64,000 bases of DNA from a virus. Below the pieces are notes generated by a model, which was not told where the DNA came from, did not search any database, and saw only the letters and a list, made by a program, of their open reading frames with translations. Below, piece after piece: positions 35,878 through 46,768 of the stretch. The DNA lies in the IMG/VR virus record IMGVR_UViG_3300045125_000064, positions 36,383 to 100,382 of that record. One strand, 5' to 3'. A program made the position numbers and the translations under genes. The stretch's first letter is position 1. The number at the start of each line of letters is the position of its first letter.

Positions 35878-37940
35878 TAAATTTATTTACAAATCACTTG
35901 AAACTTGTTCACCAGAATTCAGGTTTGGCTCAGATTTTGGATTTTGTTGATTTATCATTAAGCTCTGATAGACATGAAGATTTTTATATAAGTTTTTCTC
36001 CAAAGAATAAAAATAAAGTTGAAAAATATGTCAAACAATTATTTGGAAGCAGATTTGAGTTTGATATATCAGATATTATTTCTAAACTCAATCCAGAGCG
36101 AGTTATATTGTTTAAAAAATGTCTTGGATTTATTGTCAAAAACGGAATTTATAATTCGACAGAATTATTCAGCGTATATAAAGATTATATATTTAGTGGT
36201 CTAGATATTTATACTCTTGTGAAAGAGCTGTTTGAATTATCAATGTTGGGGAAGTCTCAACAAACAGAGTTTAATAGGTATTTGGCTGCACATAGTACTG
36301 GAACAAATAACTACATCAAGTCTGATATTCTTAATGGAAAAGCAATTTTTGATATTAATTTTTCTTGGAATAAATCTGTTGCAAATAGGCTAGATTTAAT
36401 TTTTGAGCAGAATATTTCCTATGTATCATTGAATGGAATCATTTCAAAATCTATTAAAGATGGCAAAAATAGAAAAAAAGATTTATATGATCTTTTGAGA
36501 GAAATGAACGAAACATATAGAAGATTAACAATAAGTGTTTTGGAAAGAATTGCAGAGCAAGAAAAAACAATTCATTTTAAGCTAATTTGTACCATATATG
36601 CTGCTGCACTGTTGGCAACAAATGTGAAAATAAGCAATCAGCCATTCAAAAAACTTGTTTCTGAACACTTTCAACAACTTCTAACAAAACCATTGTATTC
36701 TAAGATTTTGTCGATTCAAACAAAGAATAAAATATATCAAGATGATAAATATTCTCAATACCAACAACTAAAGAGAGACATACTTTCAACAAAACAATTC
36801 TACATTCCAAATGTTTCGCACAAATTATTGGGAATGCCAACAAAACCTCAGATATTGAAAAAACTTGGTATGATTGAAAGTTCTAAAGGATGGCAGGATA
36901 CAGAAATTGTTGATAAATCAAGTTTTACAGTTGGAGATATGATTATTCACAAATTTAATCTTCTAAATGAAAAAAATAATACGTCAAACAAGATTTTTTT
37001 AAAAGAAAAACAATTTTTTCAAACTTCATTATATCTTGAAATTGGTGGTACAAGCTTAAATCATTTAAATAGACTTGCAGTTCTGCATGATGAATTAAAA
37101 TATTTTGCTGCATCCTCATCAAAACCAGAATGGAATTTGGAAGATACTTTGGAAAGTATACAAGAATCATTAATACATATTTCTGCTTTCTACCGAGATC
37201 TCTTAAAAAGCACAATGGATAGAAATACAAAATATACTATTCTCTATCTTTATGTATCAAATGCTTTGGAATATGTTAGAAAGCTTGGAGAAGATGATGC
37301 TTTGGAAAAATTTTCAAACGAAGAATTGAATTTTATTGGCTCAGTACAAATAGAACTGTTGCGAATTTGCAAAGAAATATTAAATTTTATCACAACCAAT
37401 AACTTCGATGTTATGGAAAAGAATTTATATAATAATATAGCAAATAATATTGAGCAATTAGAAATAGAACATACTAACTCAGAAAATGTAGTTAGAGTTG
37501 AACATATAAGTGAAAAACATTCCTATATACAATTTAGATGCAAAATTTTTGATCATATTGTTATTGGTTCTGACCAATATAGGCAAGATCCAAATTATTT
37601 CTCAATGAGAAAATTTTTGCAAGAATTAGAGCCAAGAAAAATTTATGATGATAATACAACAATTATACGCAATATTGAGTTTGCTAATAAATTTATTGAA
37701 CAAATGTTTATTATTCAATCAAAATTTAATGAAGATTTACAAAAGATCGATGATCCTATGATAAATTCTCAATTTTCTATTATGGTAGAAAATGCAATGA
37801 TAAAAGCTATGAAACTTATAGAACAATTAAAACCAATTCTTGCTTCCAAAAATGTTCTTAATATTCCTTATGAGCAAGAAAGTAAAGAAAATATACCTCA
37901 ACAGCCAAAAATTAAAAAAGATAAAATATTCAACAAATGA
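35874..37940 (+). CDS. large helical hypothetical protein (may continue the previous gene)
   Basis: 688-aa ORF rich in I/L/K/N; no motif recognised. Confidence 0.55.
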   Translation: MINLFTNHLKLVHQNSGLAQILDFVDLSLSSDRHEDFYISFSPKNKNKVEKYVKQLFGSRFEFDISDIISKLNPERVILFKKCLGFIVKNGIYNSTELFSVYKDYIFSGLDIYTLVKELFELSMLGKSQQTEFNRYLAAHSTGTNNYIKSDILNGKAIFDINFSWNKSVANRLDLIFEQNISYVSLNGIISKSIKDGKNRKKDLYDLLREMNETYRRLTISVLERIAEQEKTIHFKLICTIYAAALLATNVKISNQPFKKLVSEHFQQLLTKPLYSKILSIQTKNKIYQDDKYSQYQQLKRDILSTKQFYIPNVSHKLLGMPTKPQILKKLGMIESSKGWQDTEIVDKSSFTVGDMIIHKFNLLNEKNNTSNKIFLKEKQFFQTSLYLEIGGTSLNHLNRLAVLHDELKYFAASSSKPEWNLEDTLESIQESLIHISAFYRDLLKSTMDRNTKYTILYLYVSNALEYVRKLGEDDALEKFSNEELNFIGSVQIELLRICKEILNFITTNNFDVMEKNLYNNIANNIEQLEIEHTNSENVVRVEHISEKHSYIQFRCKIFDHIVIGSDQYRQDPNYFSMRKFLQELEPRKIYDDNTTIIRNIEFANKFIEQMFIIQSKFNEDLQKIDDPMINSQFSIMVENAMIKAMKLIEQLKPILASKNVLNIPYEQESKENIPQQPKIKKDKIFNK

Positions 37941-37960
37941 TGATGGAGAAGTATAATAAA

Positions 37961-38746
37961 ATGACACAGCAACAGGTACAAATAACTCCATCAACATTTG
38001 AGACAATTGATATGTCTGTGTTTGAATGGATTGATGAAAAGATAAATATCTCTGTGAGAACAAACGAAGGATTCAAAAAAATTCCTGTTATCTGGTTGTC
38101 TCAAGACAGAGTTTTTCAGGTAAAAAATGGTCTTGAGTTCAGAGATGCGGATAATCAATCATTAATATATCCATTTATTGTTGTGTCAAGAACTGAGGTA
38201 AATACAACACCATCAAATGAAAGACCAATTCCAGGCAATCTTTTTCCTGGCAAGGATTATAAACAGGGAAGCTGGGTTATTGCAAGAAAGATTATTCAGC
38301 AAGATAAGACAAATAAGTTTGCTTCTTCAGAAACAGAAAAAAGAGTTGGACAGATTAATTTTAAAAACAAAAATAAGACTCCAATCGTTTATGAAACTTG
38401 GTATACAGAGTTGCCAATATATCACACAATGATATATAAGATCACAGTAAAAACCAACTTCATAGAGCAAATAAACCAAGTGATTTATGCATTCCAAAGA
38501 AGCACTGGCAATATCAACTCTTTCAAGGTGTCATATGACCAATATTGGTATGAGGCATTCAGACAAGATGGCACATTAACCAACAACTCAGAAAATCTCG
38601 GAGAAGAAGAAAAATATTATCAGTATGAATTCACAATTAAAGTGCTTGGTTATACAACTTCTCTGGACGAAAATGGTATGACTCCAGTATATGTGAAGAG
38701 AAAGTCCAGCAGTTTTCAGGTTTCAAAGAGAAAAGAAACATCTTAA
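37961..38746 (+). CDS. tail completion/sheath stabiliser (gp15-like)
   Basis: PSTFETIDMSVFEWI, KIPVIW, LIYPFIVVSR, FTIKVLGY; directly upstream of the sheath. Confidence 0.65.
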   Translation: MTQQQVQITPSTFETIDMSVFEWIDEKINISVRTNEGFKKIPVIWLSQDRVFQVKNGLEFRDADNQSLIYPFIVVSRTEVNTTPSNERPIPGNLFPGKDYKQGSWVIARKIIQQDKTNKFASSETEKRVGQINFKNKNKTPIVYETWYTELPIYHTMIYKITVKTNFIEQINQVIYAFQRSTGNINSFKVSYDQYWYEAFRQDGTLTNNSENLGEEEKYYQYEFTIKVLGYTTSLDENGMTPVYVKRKSSSFQVSKRKETS

Positions 38747-38768
38747 CAAATTCATAAAAAGAAACTGA

Positions 38769-38792
38769 CTTTGAGCTTTTAAAGACTATTTA
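38769..38792 (+). promoter_or_regulatory. putative late promoter for sheath/tube operon
   Basis: CTTTGAGC-TTTT-AAAGACTATTTA; matches 27842-27865. Confidence 0.7.
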
Positions 38793-38836
38793 TAACTAGA
38801 TTTTAGAATATCTACGAAATAAATAGGAGTTAGGTA

Positions 38837-41661
38837 ATGCCAGCATCACAATTCAATTTTTCTTCTCCAGGTGTGGAAATACATGAGCTAGATCAATCAA
38901 TTGTTCCAGGAAAAGTGGAGCAAAAGGGTCCAATTATCATTGGTCTTTCAGAGAGAGGCCCAGCTTTTCAACCAATCAAGGTTTCATCATTTGATGAATT
39001 CTCACAAATATTTGGTAATACAGTTCCAGGTGGTCAATCAGGTGATGTTTGGCGAGATGGAAACTATACAGCGCCATTATATGCTCCATATGCAATGGAA
39101 AGCTGGTTGAAAAATGGCGAAACTGCAACCTTTATCAAACTTCTAGGTTCTGAACATTCAGAAGCAACAATTGGTGGTGTATCTGGTTGGAAAGCTGGAA
39201 CACTAACTGCTGATTCAAATGGTGGTGCTTATGGTCTATTCTTATTCCCAAGTGGCGCAGTTGAAACTTCAACTGGTTCGTTGACAGCAGTATTTTATTG
39301 CTCTGATTCATATGCTCAATTGAGTTCATCAAGAGGACAATCATCTGCAAAATTCTTTGAATCAGATGCAAATGGTAATTTTACTCTTGTTATTAAGAGT
39401 GGTTCTGCGGAAGAAAGAAAACTTTTTCAATGAATCCTTCTGATCCATATTTTATCAGAAGGTTTTTAACACCAATCCACAATCAACAAATTTAAATATT
39501 GTTTCTTCAGAATTGCAGAAAAAATACTGGCTTGGTGAAACATTTGAAAATGATTTCAGAGATAATATGAAAGCAGATGCAGCTTCATATACAGGTTCAA
39601 AATTTTATGGCATTATTCTTGGTCTAAAGAGCAACACCGTTTCATTTGAGGATCACACTGGAAAACAATATACAGATTATGCAAAAACTGGATGGATAAT
39701 TGCTCAAGACACCGTTTCTGGATCAAATCCAACATATTCTCCAGAAACAGCAAAAAGATTGTTTAGATTTGTAGATAGAGGCTCAGGAGATTGGCTACAA
39801 TCTCATGTCAAGGTTTCAATTGCAAATATCAGACTTCCACAAAATGAAGTTGAGGATCCTTGGGCAACATTTGACGTTGTATTAAGAAAAATTGATGATA
39901 CTGATGCTGCTGTTAAAATTGTTGAAAGATTTAACGCATGCAATCTAAATCCATCTTCAGAGAACTATATTGTTGCAAGAATTGGCAACAAAAATATGGA
40001 ATATTCTGAATCAAAAATAGATGGGATGAAGTCGGTGAATTCACTAATAAATCAAAGTTTATAACTGTTGAAGTAAATCCAGAATTGGAATCATCACCAG
40101 ATTCAGCATTATATCCATTTGGTTGTTTAGGTCCAATTAAAGTAAAAAATACAGTGGTAACAGATTATACTGCTGCTCCTGGAATGTCTGGCTGGATTAG
40201 AGCTTCTGGAAGTATTGGAGGTGTTTCTTTTACCGGTTCTTACATTTCCACTGCAAGCGTATCAGTTCCAGCTTCAACTTGTTTTGCTTGGCCAAGTATG
40301 AAAACTAGAACAACATCACAAATTGATGGTTTGTCAACACCAAAACAAGCATTTTTGGTGTTTGGAATGGTTCTTCATATTCCTCAACATCATTTAACAA
40401 AAATATTATTGAATTTGTTAGAGAAACAGCAGGAGGAATGGATTGCCATTCCGCTGCTTCTGGAACTATAGGGAATACTCTTGATTATTCATGGATGTTC
40501 TCTTTAGATAATCTTGTTGAGGATACATCATCTGTTTCAAAGGTCTATACATATTCTTCAACTGGTAAAACAGCAGGTTCATCAGTAACAGCCAATAGTG
40601 GCTCAAATGAATTGCTAAAAAGAGGCATTTGCAATTTCACCACAGTTTTCTATGGTGGTTCAAATGGTTGGAATATTACAGAATCTCTTCCTGTTGCGAA
40701 TAGAACAATTGCAGAAGGTTCAACTGAGAAAACAAATTATGTGTTTAATACATACAAGAAAGCTTTAGATATGATTTCAGATAAGGAAGAAGTTCAAGGT
40801 AACTTGATTTCAATTCCAGGTCTAACAAACAAAGCTTTGACCGGAAGAGTTCTTGATATTGCTCAAAATAGAGAAGATTGTTTAGCAGTTATTGATTTGG
40901 AAAAATCATTCTACCCAATCCATGAAGCAAGAGCAGAATCTTTGAATCCAAATTCTGGCGAATATGAAAGAGGCAATGCAGAATCTGTTTCAGATTCAGT
41001 TCTTTCAAGAGCAATAGATAATACTTATGGTTGTGCATACTTCCCATGGGTTCAAATAAGAGATAAACAGACAAGCAAACTTTGCTGGGTTCCAGCATCA
41101 ATCGTTGCTCTTGGCGCAATGGCTTATACTGATAAGGTTCAATATCCTTGGTTCGTTCCAGCAGGAATGAATAGAGGCAATCTATCTGAGTCATCAGTTG
41201 GTCTAAATGTTGTTGATATTGCAAGAAAGTTAAACAAGGCAGACAGAGATTTGTTACAGAAGTCAAATATTAATCCAATTGCTAAGTTCCCCAAAGAGGG
41301 CTTGGTTATCTGGGGACAAAAGACTCTAACACCAAAATCTTCAGCACTTAACAGAGTTAATGTGAGAAGGCTTGCTCTATTTGTCAAAGAACAAGCAGAA
41401 ACAATTTTGACTGGATTCTTATTTGAGCCAAATGTTGAAGAAACTTGGGATAAAGTAAGAAGAAAACTAAATCCAATGCTTGATGATATTAAGGCAAAAA
41501 TGGGATTTGAAGATGTCAAACTAATTCTTGACTCAACAACTACAACTCCAGATCTGGTTGATCAAAATGTAATGTATGCAAAGATCTTCATTAAGCCAGC
41601 AAAGGCAATTGAAGGAATCGGTGTTGATTTAGTCATAGTAAATTCTGGTGCGTCATTCTAA
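38837..41661 (+). CDS. tail sheath protein (gp18-like), frameshifted
   Basis: SPGVEIHELDQS; RGPAFQP; AYFPWV; PWFVPAGMNRG; INPIAKFP..GLVIWGQKTL; SALNRVNVRRL; FEPN. Confidence 0.95.
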
Positions 41662-41689
41662 TTAAGAGAGAATAGGAGTTATAAAGTAA

Positions 41690-42226
41690 ATGAATAAAGT
41701 TCCACAAATATTACCACCTTGGAGTTCACCAAACGGAGAACCAAAGCGTCAGTATAAATTCTTGCTTAATATAGATGGCATTCCAGCATGGATTGTTAAG
41801 AGTGTTAACAAGCCAGAAATAACAATTGGCGAAGCATCATATAAATTTATGCTGCACACATTTAAATTTCCAGGACAAGTTACTTGGAATAATGTGTCCG
41901 CAACGATAATTGATAGAGTTGATATTAATGCCTCACAAATTCTTATTGATGCAATTACAGCAGCAGGCTACACCGTTCCAGGAAAATTTACACTATCAGG
42001 ACCAAACAATTTCAAAAGAACAATTTCAAAATCAGCTCAACTCTTTAAAACTATTGAGATTGATACAACTGATCTAGAAGGTGTTGTTGTTGAAAGATGG
42101 ACACTTCATAATGCTTGGATTAAGTCTGCTGGTTTTGGAGAAGCATCATATGATTCAGAAGATATTGTTAACTATAAGATAGAATTTGCATACGATTGGG
42201 CAGAACTTCAAACAACCTTCTCGTAA
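41690..42226 (+). CDS. tail tube protein (gp19-like)
   Basis: EPKRQYKFLLNIDGIP; FPGQVTWN; ERWTLHNAWIKS; AYDWA. Confidence 0.9.
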   Translation: MNKVPQILPPWSSPNGEPKRQYKFLLNIDGIPAWIVKSVNKPEITIGEASYKFMLHTFKFPGQVTWNNVSATIIDRVDINASQILIDAITAAGYTVPGKFTLSGPNNFKRTISKSAQLFKTIEIDTTDLEGVVVERWTLHNAWIKSAGFGEASYDSEDIVNYKIEFAYDWAELQTTFS

Positions 42227-42238
42227 TTTTAGGTATAT

Positions 42239-42859
42239 ATGGCAAATATATTTGGAACATTTGAACCAGGTGATTATATCCCACCTATTGGTGGGGCAGC
42301 ACCTTTGTTTAATCCATTGGCTGCCCCACAGTTAGATCTTCATCTTCAATTTAAATTTATTGTTGAAATGATGGGAATACCTGTTTTTTTGATACAAGAT
42401 ACAACTTTGCCATCTTATACTATTGAAACAGAAAAGAAAAGATTAATAAATTATGATATTGTATTTCCAAAGAGCGTTCAGTGGAATTCGTTATCATTTA
42501 CTATTGCAGAAATATATGAACCATATGCATTTTCAACTTTATCTTCAGGAAAAACAATAATTAATGAATATTTTTATCAATATTTATTAAACTCTGGTCA
42601 TATAACTCCAAATCAGTTTGGAAATGCAGCAAATAATCTTTCAAAAACAAAAATGTCTGATTTGGCTGATTCTCCTGCTGGTAGAATAACAATAAAAAAT
42701 CTAAAACCAGATGGTTCAACAGCTTTTGCTTGGCAATTAATAAATCCATTAATAAAATCAGTAAATTTTGGTTCAAACGATCGAACAGAATCAATAATGA
42801 GCATTAAGATTGAAATGGATTATGATTGGGCATATTTCTCATTAGATGGAAAATTTTAA
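42239..42859 (+). CDS. second tail-tube-like protein
   Basis: Same motif pattern as the tube: FPKSVQWN, WQLINPLIKSVNFG, DYDWA. Confidence 0.75.
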   Translation: MANIFGTFEPGDYIPPIGGAAPLFNPLAAPQLDLHLQFKFIVEMMGIPVFLIQDTTLPSYTIETEKKRLINYDIVFPKSVQWNSLSFTIAEIYEPYAFSTLSSGKTIINEYFYQYLLNSGHITPNQFGNAANNLSKTKMSDLADSPAGRITIKNLKPDGSTAFAWQLINPLIKSVNFGSNDRTESIMSIKIEMDYDWAYFSLDGKF

Positions 42860-42872
42860 AAATAGGTGAAAA

Positions 42873-43742
42873 GTGAATAATAATAAAAAAACAGCAGTAA
42901 AAAAAGTAGAACAAATTGGTGCACCAATGATGCAACAGATTCCTTCAAGTGGATATACAACACCGACAGAATTTGTTGATATACCATCTGAAGGAATGTT
43001 GTATTCTCAAGAGCATCCTTGGCATAATATAAAAAGTGTCGAAGTAAAGTTGATGACAGCAAAAGACGAAGACATTCTAATTTCTCAGAACTACAAAGAG
43101 AAGGGAGAAACTGTTAATAAATTGCTGGAAAGCTTGATTATTTCTCCAAGATGTGATGTTAAAACAATTCTTGAAGGAGATAGAGATGCAATCCTCATTC
43201 ATGCAAGAATAACTTCATTTGGAAATTTGATTGAGCAACATAGAACATTCTGTTCTGTGTGTTCTTCAGTCAATACAATGAATGTTGAGCTTGAACAACA
43301 ATTTACAAACACATGGAAGATACTGCTTGAACAAAAAATTGTTGAGCATATTGGTGAATCATCTTTTTCTCTTGTTCTCCCAAAATCAAAAAAGAAAATA
43401 ATAATTCGTTTATTAGATTTTAATGATTATGCATTGTTAAGGGAAGATGCAAAGAAAAGAAAAGAGTATAATCTTCCAGAAAATACAGTTTCAGCAAAAA
43501 TAGCTCAATCAATTCAAGAAATAGAAGGAAATACAGATCCGCTTTATATTCGCTCATTTGTTGAAAATGGTTTAAGTGCCTATGAAACAAATTATATTCT
43601 AAAAATGTTGGAAGAATTAAATCCTTCTGTGGACACATCGTTTACTTATGTATGCCCATTTTGTAATTCAACAGAAACATCAAGAATTCCTCTTGGTCTG
43701 TCCTTTTTTTCCAACAGTCTCAATTTTATAGTCAAGATTTAA
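42873..43742 (+). CDS. tail assembly chaperone / gp26-like hub assembly protein
   Basis: PTEFVDIPSEG; LMTAKDEDIL; GDRDAILIHARI; CxxC pairs; ends near FF; directly upstream of the tape measure. Confidence 0.8.
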   Translation: MNNNKKTAVKKVEQIGAPMMQQIPSSGYTTPTEFVDIPSEGMLYSQEHPWHNIKSVEVKLMTAKDEDILISQNYKEKGETVNKLLESLIISPRCDVKTILEGDRDAILIHARITSFGNLIEQHRTFCSVCSSVNTMNVELEQQFTNTWKILLEQKIVEHIGESSFSLVLPKSKKKIIIRLLDFNDYALLREDAKKRKEYNLPENTVSAKIAQSIQEIEGNTDPLYIRSFVENGLSAYETNYILKMLEELNPSVDTSFTYVCPFCNSTETSRIPLGLSFFSNSLNFIVKI

Positions 43743-43912
43743 CTCAAATTTCAACATTTTTATTCAACGAATATGCTGTTGCAAAAAATGTTGAAATGAA
43801 TCATACCAATATTCCTTCTATGGTAAGATATGGATGGAGAATGGATGAAATCTATTCAATTCCAATCAGATTAAGAGAGTTTTATATCAAAAATATCCTT
43901 CAACAAAAATAA
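43703..43912 (+). CDS. -1 frame extension of the chaperone (gpGT/gp51-like)
   Basis: Open from the T7 run at 43704: FFQQSQFY...MVRYGWRMDEIYSIPIRLREFYIK-stop. Confidence 0.55.
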   Translation, partial: LFFQQSQFYSQDLTQISTFLFNEYAVAKNVEMNHTNIPSMVRYGWRMDEIYSIPIRLREFYIKNILQQK

Positions 43913-43949
43913 AGCAGAACTCTACTTAATATAAGAAGGAAAAAGAAAT

Positions 43950-45983
43950 ATGGCAACAAGTGTTCATGAAGTAGAAATTCTTAGAAAATTACATAGTGCT
44001 CTTAAGAGTGCTCATGGTAGTGGTTCAGGAAGAACTCTAAAAGATGTTGCAAAAATTGTCCAAAATAATCCAGATATTGCAAATGCTTTAGGAATAAAGC
44101 AGCCTCAATTGGTACGATTTAAATCAGTTGATGAAATTGAAAAAGCATTACAAATAAAAGTTGGTTCTTTTAAGGTACAAAACGCAGATGAATTATTTGC
44201 TGCAAGAAATTTTGATTCAAAAACAGGAAAACCTTTTGATATACCAGATATTGTAAGAGGTGAAAAACAATCTGATTATGCAGCCTCAGCACAACAAAAT
44301 GTTAAATCAGTTGGAAATACTGTAAGCAATGTGACAACTTCAGCATTAGATTTTGCTGGATATAATGACACTACAATTGCAAAACTTGGTGGTGGTCAAT
44401 TTTTGACAGATACAATGTCAAGTCTTGGGAAACTTCTTCCTGATATTGATACCAAAAAATTTGGTAAGATTGCAGAATTTATGGAAAAATTTGGTGGCAA
44501 TAAATTTGCAGATTTCTTGACAAGTCAATTTGGATCATTTGGTAATGTTGCCTCCACAATGATAAAAGCTTCAACTGTTGCTGTTAAAGGATATGAAGAT
44601 TTAAGAAAGCAGATATTAAAAACAACAAATGCAAATAATGATTTTTTCTTCTCATTGTTTAACATGCAATCAGAATATGCAAAGTCTGTTGGTATTTCAA
44701 GAAAAGAATTATTTGTTGAATATGATGAATTATCTAATCAACTTGCTATGAGAGTTGACAAGGATGCAGATAAGAGATTAAGAAATCTTGCTCTTGAATC
44801 ACAAAAGTTGAAAAAACTTGGTGTTACAAATACAAACGATTTATATCAGACTTTGAACACACAATTCAATATAATGGATGATAAAATGCATGTTGTTTCA
44901 AGAAGATTGATTCAATATGCAACAGAAACATCCCAATCGAATGATAAAGTATTTAAAGATTTCAAAGAATCAATGGATAAATTTGTTTCAATCTTTGATG
45001 TTGATGAACTTCAAAAGAATTTTTCAACTTTTCAAAATCTTTCAAGAAAAACAGGAATTTCGATTGGAAGTCTTGCTGATCAAGTTATGAAGTTTGATGA
45101 TCTTTCTCAAGGATTTGAGGCGGGATCAAATCTTAATGTTGTTCTTTCTCAGCTTGGAAGCAATTTTGATACAATGTATATGACTCAGATTGAAGATCCA
45201 GCACAGAGAATGGAATATCTTTATGATAGATTGTCTGCTGCAAGAGATGGTTTTGAGAAGTTGAATGGTGTTGCAAAGCGTTCAATGTTTAATCAACTTG
45301 TTCAATCCACAGGCATGAGTCAACAAGATATTAAGGCTCTATTGACCTCAGATAAAGGAAAAGTATCTGATATATTTGCAAGATCAAGAGCAGGTCTTGG
45401 AATGGAAGAAATATCTTCTGCAAATCTTGATCAAAAATTGTCAAACATAAAAACTGTTGACACAGCAGATAATATTCCCGCAGCGATTATTCAATCTGGT
45501 ATGGGAATCCAGAAAGCAATGATGGAAGCAGATGATAAATTGATGACCAAATTGATAAATCAAATGGATCAAAACTTTTCTTCTTCCACAAGACAGCTTT
45601 CAATTGATATGATGAAACATGCAAATGAAATGTCTTTGACAAGAGAGCCAGGATATGACAAATTCATCAAGAAATTTGAGGATATTATTGAACGAGTTGA
45701 GAAAACGAGCCTGAGATCTGCACCAGACAGAAAAGACCTATACAAAGATATCCAAGATGGCTCTGGAGGGGTCAAATCTCCTTCAGGAAGTGAGAAAATG
45801 GTTGGGGCGATTGATGCTGTGGGTCAGAAATTCGACAAAGTTGTGGAGGCTGTAAAGTCTCCCCTGCAAGTTTATTCTCCAACTCTTGAGGGTTCAATGA
45901 AGGAACTTGCAACAGCTTTTAACGCTCTTGCTGTTGCAATGAATCAGGAAAGAGTTTGCAAATTTCTTCAACTCCATCTATAG
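43950..45983 (+). CDS. tape measure protein
   Basis: Long helical protein between the chaperone and baseplate genes. Confidence 0.7.
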   Translation: MATSVHEVEILRKLHSALKSAHGSGSGRTLKDVAKIVQNNPDIANALGIKQPQLVRFKSVDEIEKALQIKVGSFKVQNADELFAARNFDSKTGKPFDIPDIVRGEKQSDYAASAQQNVKSVGNTVSNVTTSALDFAGYNDTTIAKLGGGQFLTDTMSSLGKLLPDIDTKKFGKIAEFMEKFGGNKFADFLTSQFGSFGNVASTMIKASTVAVKGYEDLRKQILKTTNANNDFFFSLFNMQSEYAKSVGISRKELFVEYDELSNQLAMRVDKDADKRLRNLALESQKLKKLGVTNTNDLYQTLNTQFNIMDDKMHVVSRRLIQYATETSQSNDKVFKDFKESMDKFVSIFDVDELQKNFSTFQNLSRKTGISIGSLADQVMKFDDLSQGFEAGSNLNVVLSQLGSNFDTMYMTQIEDPAQRMEYLYDRLSAARDGFEKLNGVAKRSMFNQLVQSTGMSQQDIKALLTSDKGKVSDIFARSRAGLGMEEISSANLDQKLSNIKTVDTADNIPAAIIQSGMGIQKAMMEADDKLMTKLINQMDQNFSSSTRQLSIDMMKHANEMSLTREPGYDKFIKKFEDIIERVEKTSLRSAPDRKDLYKDIQDGSGGVKSPSGSEKMVGAIDAVGQKFDKVVEAVKSPLQVYSPTLEGSMKELATAFNALAVAMNQERVCKFLQLHL

Positions 45984-46049
45984 CAAAAACTTTGGCAGAT
46001 CCAACAGGGTATTCAAGGCATCAAGCAGTTTAATAAAGGGAATAAATAA

Positions 46050-46768
46050 ATGGTTGATAAGAACTTAAATTTATTGGAAGAACAATTCAGAGCAAATTAT
46101 CCTTTCTCTGATATTGTTATATCCTTTCCGATGCAGAAGAAATCTCCATCTTTAAAATTTGCAGCATATTTAACATCTTTGAAGGATTCTTATCAACAAA
46201 CATGGCAAGAAGATGGCGATGCATATGGAAGAATGGATCCAATGATTTCATATAAGAACACAAGCAGAAATATAAATGTTTCGTTTTCAATTCCAACATC
46301 AAACTTGGATGATGCAAAGAATAAGATGGAACAAATGAGAACATTGGTGAAGAATCTATATCCAGGCTATATTAAGAGTGATACACAATATATTATTAAC
46401 TCTCCACCTTTGTTGAGAGTTAAATTTATAATCTTATTTGCAACACAAATAATCCAGAAGAAGGACTTCTTATTAAGTTAACATCTCAGATTGATATTGA
46501 TTATAAGGTTGAAACATATGGAGCCTATGTTGTTCCATCCAATTCTCTGATTCTTCCAAAGATGTTAGATTTAACAATATCTGGAACCATTCTTCATGAA
46601 CATATAATTGGCTTTGATGAATCTGGAAAGTTCATTCCAGAAGCAAAAAATAAGAGCTTTCCTTTCTTTGTTCCTCAAACCCCAGAGAAGGATAAGGCAA
46701 AAGTTGCAGACGTAACAAATCCCACATATAAAAAAGCACAAGATGAACTTCTTGGTGGAGTTGTATAA
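46050..46768 (+). CDS. baseplate tube-initiator-like protein (frameshifted)
   Basis: YGRMDPMISYKNTSRNINVSF; SPPLLRVK; follows the tape measure. Confidence 0.6.
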
